From positions 20,026,001 to 20,090,000 of the forward strand of contig NC_043007.1 of the NCBI RefSeq assembly GCF_006345805.1: 64,000 bases of DNA. The letters are read 5' to 3'. Position 1 is the stretch's first letter, and every line of letters starts with the position of its first letter. Both the position numbers and the translations under genes were made by a program. Shown here one piece after another: positions 24,545-34,793 of this stretch. The stretch is from Octopus sinensis. Its lineage: Eukaryota. The notes beneath the pieces are model-generated. The model saw nothing but the letters and a program-made list of their open reading frames with translations, searched no databases and had not been told where the DNA came from.

Positions 24545-25437
24545 AAAATAGTAAAGTGTGAAAAAACGACAGAAGGCTTAAATGTTAAAATATATATATA
24601 TTTGTGTCAAAATGTCTGGAGAATATTGGAAAAATTTTTTTCCTTTCCTTAAAATGACATAATTTTAAAATTTTTAAAGAAATTACCGGTTTCGCGTGTA
24701 GCTTTTCAAATTTCTTGTGATGTTATGTTTATATTGCATGGAATTATCGTTGTTTTTATTTCCAGGAGATTTCTAAATAAGGGGAGGTAGTGAGTGATTT
24801 TTTCCGGTGTAGGGGAGATAATCGCTTAAAAATTTTTTTTCCCTTTTCCTTGTTAATTTCTCTGTGTCAGTATGTTCGGATGGTTGAGTCTGGGTTTGTA
24901 CTTTTCAATGAAGAATGTTTCCTTGTTCAGTCTCATTTGTGTTGATGATCCGAAAGCACATTGGTAAAATGGGAAGATTAAAAATTGTGGCAGTAGTTGC
25001 TTTGCGCATTTCTCAATGTGCTCACTAAAAGGTATCATTCTATATTCTGGGAATGCAATCTGTTGTCGATGCAGTGTGCATCTGCGCCTGAGTGATAGTC
25101 CCGTGGAACCCACGTAGTCTTGGTGGCAGCCCGAGCATTTAATAACATAAATTATGTTTTCAGAGGCACAAGTAAAGTTAGATTTGATCTTAAATTTCTG
25201 TCCCTCTTTAAAGAAGAATTCTGATCCTTCCAATAGGTTAGGACATGTTGCACAGTTCGATCTACCACATTTTTTTACTTTTGCATCCGTAATTTTAGAA
25301 GACAATTTTGCCTTTGTGAGAATCTTTTTAAGTGATTTAGGCTGTTTGTAGCTTTTAATGATTTGGTGTATGTTTAGAATTTCCTTTAATTTTGGGTTTT
25401 TATGAAGTATTGGTAATTCTGGGTGATGATGGTGAAG
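24536..25437 (-). mobile_element. PLE 3' fragment (GIY-YIG + 3' UTR), left arm of palindrome
   Basis: CGRSNCATC...IIYVIKCSGCHQDYVGST...KYKPRLN; ends at a (TA)n tract. Confidence 0.9.
24678..24715 (-). ncRNA. Minimal hammerhead ribozyme, U3:A8 variant (mirror copy of 26161-26198)
   Basis: Exact reverse complement of 26161-26198. Confidence 0.75.
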
Positions 25438-25438
25438 C

Positions 25439-26340
25439 CTTCACCATCATCACCCAGAATTTACCAATACTTCATAAAAACCCAAAATTAAAGGAAATTC
25501 TAAACATACACCAAATCATTAAAAGCTACAAACAGCCTAAATCACTTAAAAAGATTCTCACAAAGGCAAAATTGTCTTCTAAAATTACGGATGCAAAAGT
25601 AAAAAAATGTGGTAGATCGAACTGTGCAACATGTCCTAACCTATTGGAAGGATCAGAATTCTTCTCTAAAGAGGGACAGAAATTTAAGATCAAATCTAAC
25701 TTTACTTGTGCCTCTGAAAACATAATTTATGTTATTAAATGCTCGGGCTGCCACCAAGACTACGTGGGTTCCACGGGACTATCACTCAGGCGCAGATGCA
25801 CACTGCATCGACAACAGATTGCATTCCCAGAATATAGAATGATACCTTTTAGTGAGCACATTGAGAATGCGCAAAGCAACTACTGCCACAATTTTTAATC
25901 TTCCCATTTTACCAATGTGCTTTCGGATCATCAACACAAATGAGACTGAACAAGGAAACATTCTTCATTGAAAAGTACAAACCCAGACTCAACCATCCGA
26001 ACATACTGACACAGAGAAATTAACAAGGAAAAGGGAAAAAAAATTTTTAAGCGATTATCTCCCCTACACCGGAAAAAATCACTCACTACCTCCCCTTATT
26101 TAGAAATCTCCTGGAAATAAAAACAACGATAATTCCATGCAATATAAACATAACGTCACAAGAAATTTGAAAAGCTACACGCGAAACCGGTAATTTCTTT
26201 AAAAATTTTAAAATTATGTCATTTTAAGGAAAGGAAAAAAAATTTTTCCAATATTCTCCAGACATTTTGACACAAATATATATATTTTTTAACATTTAAG
26301 CCTTCTGTCATTTTTTCACACTTTACTATTTTCTTATATA
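25439..26340 (+). mobile_element. PLE 3' fragment (GIY-YIG + 3' UTR), right arm of palindrome
   Basis: Reverse complement of 24536-25437 about an axis at 25438. Confidence 0.9.
26161..26198 (+). ncRNA. Minimal type I hammerhead ribozyme, U3:A8 core variant, in PLE 3' UTR
   Basis: AGAAAU-UUGAAAA-GC(UACAC)GC-GAAA-CCGG-UA/AUUUCU: perfect 6-bp stem I, palindromic ACCGGU stem III. Confidence 0.75.
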
Positions 26341-26378
26341 TTACCCCACGTGCTTTACCAAACAAACTTTCTTATCTA

Positions 26379-26426
<48 letters not shown>

Positions 26427-26431
26427 AATTG

Positions 26432-26536
26432 ATATGCAACATTTATTCGGTAGCCAAGATAAAACTCTGAGTTTCAGATGCCGAGGTGGAAATCCACACC
26501 ACCATCTCTTGGCTACCGAATAATTGTCACATATTA
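26432..26536. repeat. Small hairpin/MITE-like element with ~30-bp imperfect terminal inverted repeats
   Basis: ttattcggtagccaaga / tcttggctaccgaataa core. Confidence 0.7.
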
Positions 26537-26914
26537 ATTTACAGATAAATTTCCTCTATTTACATAATATTGAGGTCTCTTTCTTTCTTTTGTTATCTTA
26601 CTGTTTTTACCAATATATATATGAAAGAAAAAAGGTGTTCAGAATGCTGGATGGTTGTAAAAATATATATTTATTTACATATCACAAATTATTTCTTCAT
26701 ATTATCGCTTTCAACTACTCCTGTAGTTTCATCAGAAATGTCAGTTTGTAGGGTTTTGCCTGTATTTATATTATTGGTAAATAAAGTGGGGAGAGAGAGA
26801 GAGTGTGTGTGTGTGTGTATAATGGGGAATAGAGGGAGGGAGAAGGTGAAGGAGTGATAGGGAGATAGAGAAAGTGAAAGAGAGAGAATATGGGTGTGTG
26901 TGTTTTACATATAC

Positions 26915-27415
26915 ATCATCATCATCATCATCATCATCATTTAACGTCCGCTCTCCATGCTAGCATGGGTTGGACGGTTCAACTGGGGTCTGGGGAGCCC
27001 GAAAGCTGCACCAGTCCAGTCAGATCTGGCAGTGTTTCTACAGCTGGATGCCCTTCCTAACGCCAACCACTCCGAGAGTGTAGTGGGTGATTTTATGTGC
27101 CACCGACACAGGTGCCAGACGAGGCTGACAAACGGCCACGCTCGGATGGTGTTTTTATGTGCCACCGACACAGGTGCCAGACGAGGCTGGCAGACGGCCA
27201 CGCTCGGATGGTGTTTTTATGTGCCACCGACACAGGTGCCAGACGAGGCTGGCAGACGGCCACGCTCGGATGGTGTTTTTATGTGCCACCGACACAGGTG
27301 CCAGACGAGGCTGGCAGACGGCCACGCTCGGATGGTGTTTTTATGTGCCACCGACACAGGTGCCAGATGAGGCTGGCAAACGGCCACGATCGGATGGTGC
27401 TTGTTACGTGCCCAC
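26915..27415 (-). mobile_element. Family C retro-repeat (RTE-like 3' tail, (ATG)n end) with internal 59-bp tandem array
   Basis: GGCGTTAGGAAGGGCATCCAGC...CAACCCATGCTAGCATGG...CGTTAAA(ATG)n. Other copies: 968-1203, 9668-10030, 29790-30066, 49600-50030, 51345-51690, 51770-52296, 54465-54660, 57575-58010, 58378-58725, 60262-60560, 63525-63715, 63915-64000. Confidence 0.8.
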
Positions 27416-27843
27416 ATATATATATATATATATATATCAAAACGGTGAATAGCTTTGTGTAAACCATGGTCCGCTTTGTTCTCTTACTTTATTATCATCT
27501 TATAATCATCTCATAATAATGACTTTTATGACACATATTACTACCTCAGTCAATCTAAATGTATATATTTGTCGTTACCTGTCATAAATAGCCTTTTTTT
27601 ATTTGCAATGTGCATTTTCATTGATTTTTCATATTTTACCCCTATATACATATATATATATATACAAGTAATAAGAGAGAGACCACATGTGGTCACTCTA
27701 ACGCTAGAAATAGATCCGCAAAGGGAATCCACCACTAAAGAATTGTTCTCAAGCATTAATTCAAGCATTAATTCTTATTACTTTTATTAATAATTTTTAC
27801 TGTATCACAGTTTTTTTTTATGCTAGGCCACTTGGTGTTTTAA

Positions 27844-28062
27844 CCCTTTAGTATTTAAACCGGCCATATCCGGCCAAAATAGCTAATCTGTTTTATGTTC
27901 AAACTGACCAGATCCAGGCTCTCACACCTACCCTACAATGTTATTCTACATTAAGTAATTGCACCATCAAGATCTTGAAGATATGAGATAATGCATGATT
28001 AATTCAAATCAATGGGAATCAATAGGCATTATGTTTCATAGAATAATCTGAACACTAAAGGG
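27844..28062. mobile_element. piggyBac-type MITE, second subfamily
   Basis: TTAA|CCCTTTAGT ... ACTAAAGGG|TTAA; relatives at ~37320-38058 and ~58270-58840. Confidence 0.8.
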
Positions 28063-28109
28063 TTAAATTGATGTTATTAATTAATATTCAATTTTTTTTC
28101 ACCCTTATT

Positions 28110-28158
<49 letters not shown>

Positions 28159-30126
28159 GTATGTAAGTATATTTATTTTGTAGCCACTGTTTATTTTAAT
28201 CCAAATATTCATAGAACCATGATGATGATGAAGAGTGAAGGTCATAATGATCTTAAATAAGCAGCAAAGTGGTGCTAGTTTTGGTCGCTCCCTTCCTTAA
28301 AGTTAACACACTCCACAAATACGAATGAAATGTGGCTACACAGAGCAGTCCCTTACACCCCATGCTGCCCCATTGTAACTTAAGCAGGGAATCATAAAAA
28401 CGGAATAAAATATTTCTGATGTTCATGCTTTTCAAATTGCTATTTCTCTTCGAAAAAAAAAAAAATGTAATTTCTGGATCATTCTAAAATACATCCAGAC
28501 ACTTGAATTATTTGAATTTTTAACAGATATTTTCCAATTCTTAAAAATTTCTTTTTATGAGGGGAGGTAATTTAAGCAAGTTCAATTGACTGAAATTTTT
28601 CCTTTTTTAATTTCATTTACACGTATGTGTTCACGTTAGTTTGTTTTGCCGCCTAAATGCCTGTCGTTTCATTTATGACATCATTTATCGAACCTAATCA
28701 TTAATTTTGATATTTTCAAGATTTCATTCAGCACTTTCGTATTCCCATTGGAACTTCCCTTTACTGCTAAACCAACATCACAACTGGCTTTTCTTCAACC
28801 AATAATAACAATAATAGCAAGAACAGCAACATTTCTAGCAATTACCAATTAACAAGTAGTCAGAACCACAATAACATTCAGTGGTATCATCATCATCGAC
28901 AACAATACTCTTTACTCTTTTACTTGTTTCAGTCATTTGACTGCGGTCATGCTGGAGCACCACCTTCAGTCGAGCAACTCGACCCCGGGACTTATTCTTT
29001 TTTGTAAACCCAGTACTTATTCTATCGGTCTCTTTTGCCGAACCGCTAAGTGACGGGGACGTAAACACACCAGCATCGGTTGTCAAGCAATGCTAGGGGG
29101 ACAAACACAGACACACAAACATATACACACATACATATAAACACATATATACATATATACGACAGGCTTATTTCAGTTTCCGTCTACCAAATCCACTCAC
29201 AAGGCTTTGGTCGGCCCGAGGCTATAGTAGAAGACACTTGCCCAAGGTGCCACGCAGTGGGACTGAACCCAGAACCATGTGGTTCGTAAGCAAGCTACTT
29301 ACCACACAGCCACTCATGTACAAAGTGTAACAATAAGATAATAAACCAGAGTTGATGAAATGAATGGGAATCAAAATCAGTTCTTAATTATAAAGGCATA
29401 GGTGTGGCTGCATGGTAAGAAGCTTTCCTTCCAAACTGCAAGGTTCTGGGTTCAGTCCCACCGCATGGCACCTTGGGCAAGTGCCTTCTACTATGTCCTC
29501 AAACATCTTGTCTCCCAGATTTTTGTTTCTCTGCCCAACAGGCATCAGTACAGTTAGCTGGTGGCTGTTAAACTCTTTATTCTTTTACTTGTTTCAGTCA
29601 TTTGATTGTGGCCATGCAGGAGCACCGCCTTTAGTTGAGCAAGTCTACCCCAGGACTTATTCTTTGAAAGCCTAGTACTTATTCTATCATTCTCTTTTGC
29701 TGAACCGCTAAGTTACAGGGACATAAATACACCAGCATCGGTTAACAAGCGATGTTGGGGGGTGGGGAAACAAGTACACCAACATCAAGAAAATCAGATG
29801 GAAATTGTAGTTGTGATACCTGTGTGGGTGGCACGTAAAAAGCACCAACTAATCGTGGCCGATGCCAGCCTCCCCTGGCTCCTGTGCCGGTGGCACGTAA
29901 AAAGCACCCACTACACTTACGGAGTGGTTGGCGTTAGGAAGGGCATCCGGCTGTAGAAGCACTGCCAGATCAGACTGGAGCCTGGTGCAGCCTCCTGGCT
30001 TCCCAGACCCCAGTCGAACCGTCCAACCCATGCTAGCATGGAAAACGGACGTTAAACAATGATGATATATATGTATATGTTCTCAAGTAGTATCAGCAAT
30101 TTGAAAAATCAATGGAAACAGGTTTC

Positions 30127-30373
30127 GGTACTACTTGAGAACAGTGGTCCCGGTGCGCGCACTCGCGTAGTCGCGCATCCGCGCTAGCTAGTCGTGACTA
30201 GTCGATCCTACAACGACTACCTAGCAAAGTAAATAAAACACCAAATAAATAATTTTTTTACACAAAGTAAATAAAACACCAAAACGCAAGGTAAATACAA
30301 AAACACAAAGTAAGGATCGACTAGTCATGACTAGCGAGTGCGGGTACCGGGACCACTGTTCTCAAGAAGTACC
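30127..30373. mobile_element. Merlin-type MITE (247 bp) upstream of TFB2M
   Basis: Long TIRs starting GGTAC (fits the Merlin GGNRM pattern); exact 8-bp TSD caggtttc at 30119-30126 and 30374-30381. Confidence 0.8.
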
Positions 30374-30850
30374 CAGGTTTCCTTTCTTCGATCGGAAGAT
30401 CAACTACCACTGCGTTCAATACTACTAAACTCTTTAGCGCAAATCGACAAATGCAAAGTTCTGCTTAAAATATTTATTGTACGAATGATGTTCCATAGTT
30501 GCCTTCTTTTCCAGTAACCCCCCTCCCTCCCTCTCTTTTTCTCTGACTTCATTCGAAGACAAAATTTCAATCCCGAAAGGTTTTTTTTTATTATTTACCC
30601 ACGTTTTTGAGCGATGGAAAATGTCGCTTAACACAGATCAAGCCCAATTTAAGAAATGACAATACCACGTAACGCCTATTTCAGTTTGGTACTCTTTTTT
30701 TCTTTCTAATTCGACATTATTAACAATAAAAGCGAATCTAATAACCACAATTGCTGTTTGTAAAATAATTAACCCCCCCCCCTCCGCGCACCGACTGAGA
30801 TGTTTTGAAGAAAACCAACGAAGAAAGTTGGATTTATTCGTTCAAACACC

Positions 30851-31094
30851 ATGTATCGTTCCCAGAGCTGGGCTAATTGTTGGAGTGCATCTGGACACTC
30901 TTTGAAAAAACTGGACTTTTATTATTATAGAGTAAGGAACTTCTTACAGTGTAGTTACCACTTAACTAATGTCAAACTGGTCAGATCTTCAAGTGAAAAG
31001 AACATCGGTCGTGGAGAGACGTTGTACCAAAAGCATGCTGCTCTGAAGCTGAAAAGAACATCCCCATCTTATATCTTTAATGAGGATGTTGCTG
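30851..31094 (+). CDS. TFB2M: TFB2M-like exon 1 (putative mitochondrial presequence ... SPSYIFNEDVA)
   Basis: accATG start, open frame, GCTG|gtaggt donor, phase 1. Confidence 0.75.
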
Positions 31095-33842
31095 GTAGGT
31101 TGGAATAATTTTGCATCTTTCACTCGCGCATTTATAGTAATTATGCTCCGATCTTCAAACTTGGTTACACACGTGCAAACAAATGTTTTAACCCATGAGT
31201 AAATAACTATGCCATTGTTTTTTAAATGTCATAAAATCAAACTATTTCAGACCGTAAAATCAAAAATAAAATATCTGAATAACAGAATGTAAATGCAAGC
31301 ACGAACATCATTAAATTTTCAGATATTTAATTCCATTTTTTTTCCCTTTTTGAATGGGGGACCGTTTTATCTTCAAGTAGATAGGCTATAAATAATAGCG
31401 TGTGGGTAGTAAAGAAATAGGTATTTCGTCTGTCGTTACGTTCTGAGTTCAAATTCTGACGAGGTCAACTTTGCCTTTCATCCTTTCGGGGTCGATAAAT
31501 AAAGTACCAGTTTCGCATTGGGGTCCATGTAATCGACTTAATCCGTTTGTCTGTCCTTGTTTGTCCCCTCTGTGTTTAGCCCCTTGTGGGCACTAAAGAA
31601 ATATATATAAATAATAGCGTGTAAATACTGGGTTTAAAAAACCCTTTGGATGGAAAAAGGCGGAGGCTGTCCTGGGACTCTAACCCACGTCTCCTGTAAA
31701 CATGACAAACATTCTAGCAAGTATAAAATATAGGTATGCTCTCGGAAATTACCGAGAAGTATGTTTACACAAATCGACACAAAACGGAAGAATACCAAAA
31801 TATTGAGCAAAGTATTATTTGATCCACCAGAACTTTGTATATACGACGATAAAAAGGCCCCTGCTTATAACTAACTCAAAAAGAATCTGGTGTTGTCACT
31901 AGTATATCAACAATACTACTCATGTTATTAAATGAATAATTTATATAATTAGTCATTTATACTTTGAAATATACAAACTTATATTATATTATGGTAGTTG
32001 GTGCTTGTTTTTTACTTTTGAGTTTGTTACGATCATATGAAAACTCGTCCCCTTTTCTTAAAAAAAAAAGCAAGGAAAGCGCACTCAGGTCTGAAAGTTA
32101 CGTTTAAAAAAAGAACAAACATTGACCCAATTGTTTATATGTTTATAAATTATTTTTTATTTAAGGACTTCATTTAAAAAAAACTCCAGACGGAGTGAGT
32201 CCGTGATCTGGTCTCATTTTCTAGTTGCAATCGCAAAGTTGTTAAGTTCACAGTGCAATAACGTAGTCCCTGATTTGACCCCGACACATTGCATAGACCA
32301 GGCATAGGCAACCTCTTTTAAGAAGAGGACTGAACTACTAAAAATTTATAAGGTAATTTTTCATTAGGTGTGTCATTCAGAAAGTCCCGTGGGCCGCAGG
32401 TTGTTCTTGACTGGCGAGGATAAAGTTGGCCTGTGCCTGGTTTTCAGTTGTGTACTTAAAGGTTAAACACTATCTCCCAGTTCTTCGGTGCCTTAAACAG
32501 AGTCGACCCTTTTAAAAGCTCCGTACCAGGTTTCTTCTCTGACGTGGGTCATGTTTTTTTGGGTTTTTCCCTTTCTTGCACCAGGTTCGGGAGCCCTGCG
32601 ACAATGATCATGAGCGCTCCACTTCCTTCTGTAAGTCACAAGAATGTTATCCCTTTTGAGACTGTGTCACTAACAAAAGCAATTTGAAAGTCACAGATAG
32701 TTTACCTATGTAGGAGGGAGTGGTCGTGCGGTCTGCTAAAAATAGCAGCCAAGTCTTGCCTTTCCTCATATTTGACCATCTTATAAAGACGAGGACATAA
32801 AAAGCAAGAAAACCTCAAAATGGATCTAGCTTTTAATATATTGCTTCCTAATGTAGTAAGCTACGAGTTAAAGTTTCTTCCCACCCCACCACCTCTAGTC
32901 TTAGAGGTCCTGAAATAGAAAAAGGTTTATGGTGCTCCTTTACTTCCTCTGACTAAACTATATAAAGAAAACAAGTTTTACAGATTTAACCCTGTTGTGT
33001 TGTATTCCTGCTATAATGGGAATAGGTTAAATGGCATTTTTCAAGATTCCTAGTAAAGTGATAATGAGCAACACTCATAGAAGAAGAATAAGATGCAGCT
33101 ATATATGCTTTTGCTCAGGAGCCCAGGTGGGGAGTAAAATTAGACACAGGGGCCCAGGCCTGACAGGGTTAAGTATATGAATGAAGTATTAATATAGTGT
33201 TAATATCGCGGCCGATGCACTATAACTTTTATATGGCGGTGCCCCAGCATGGCCACAGCTCGTGAGCTGAAACTTGATGAAATAAAATAAAATAAAATAA
33301 ATAGCAGGAGTGGCCATGTGGTAAGTAGCTTGCTTACTAACTACATGGTTCCTGGTTCAGTACCACTGCGTGGCATCTTGGGCAAGTGTCTTTTACTATA
33401 GCCTTGGGTTGACCAAAGCCTTGTGAGTGGATTTGGTAGATGGAAGCCAAAAGAAGTCTGTCATATATATATATATAAGAATTTTTTGTGTAATGAGATA
33501 AAAAAAAACCAAGGCTGTGTAGATATTAGAACATTTATAGATAGAAGGTCTTACAGCTGTTTCCAGGATATCTATTAATTATATCCTGGAAACAGCTGTA
33601 AGACCTTCTATCTATAAATGTTCTAATATCTACACAGCCTTGGTTTTTTATCTCATGACGCAAAAAATTCTTATATCCACACACTGACATAGAACCAAAC
33701 TTGAACCCCTTATTCACATTCACAAAATTACCGAACCAGGAACTTAACTGTGGTCTGTCTATAGCACTTATTCAGCATTACCTCACACCTTTGGGTCTCA
33801 ATGACACCATTACCACTTACATACATACATACACACACACAC

Positions 33843-33875
<33 letters not shown>

Positions 33876-34762
33876 TATATATATGTATAAGGCGGCGAGC
33901 TGGCAGAAACGTTAGCATGCCGGGCGAAATGCGTAACCGTATTTCGTCTGCCGTTACGTTCTGAGTTCAAATTCCGCTGAGGTCGACTTTGCTTTTCATC
34001 CTTTCGGGGTCGATAAATTAAGTACCAGCTACGCACTGGGGTCGATGTAATCGACTTAATCCCTTTGTCTGTCCTTGCTTGTTCCCTCTATGTTTAGCCC
34101 TTGTGGGCAGTAAAGAAATATATATATATATATATATTTATATACAGACACACACATATATATATATGTATATGTTTGTGTGTTTGTCACACACCCCCAT
34201 CATCGTTTGATAAGGCTTGAAATTATGTTTACATTCAACATGTTATCGATTTAAATCCGACCCTTATTTTGCTATCACATTATGCAAAAACAACAACAAC
34301 AACTACAAATCTTGGTAATATGAAAATCAAAAAAGATATTTCAAAAGAAATCGTTTTTTTTTCTGTTTTTGTTATTTGGGATATTATTGATACTTTCAGA
34401 TAAAATTGCTTTGAAAATTATGGAAACACGCAAGGCCAAAGATACCCCTATTATTGAATATAATCCTGGTAAGTAGTTTATTGTTAAAGAGTTTATATGC
34501 AACTATTTATTCTTTTGCACAGGAGCTCAGGTGGGGAGTAAAGTTAGACACAGGGGCCCATGCCTGATAGGGTTAAGTGTATGAATGAAGTGTTAATATC
34601 ACAGGAGTGGCTCTGTGGTAAGCAGCTTGCTAACCAACCACATGGTTCCGGGTTCAGTCCCACTGCATGGCACCTTGGGCAAGTGTCTTCTACTATAGCC
34701 TCGGGCTGACCAAAGCCTTGTGAGTGGATTTGGTAGACGGAAACTGAAAGAAGCCTGTCAGA

Positions 34763-34793
<31 letters not shown>

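Noticed and set aside
27094-27410. CRISPR-like regular repeats
   Set aside because: Units are contiguous with no unique spacers, and the context is a eukaryotic retro-repeat
26941-27467. Many overlapping ORFs (and those at 51282-52257)
   Set aside because: Artefacts of the GC-rich 59-bp tandem units of family C; repetitive peptides with no domain
30434-30634. 66-aa minus-strand ORF divergent from TFB2M
   Set aside because: No recognisable motif or convincing donor; could be UTR or promoter sequence
31655-31725. tRNA-like sequence on the minus strand followed by a T-run
   Set aside because: 5' acceptor strand missing and B box mutated; at best a SINE head or pseudo-tRNA
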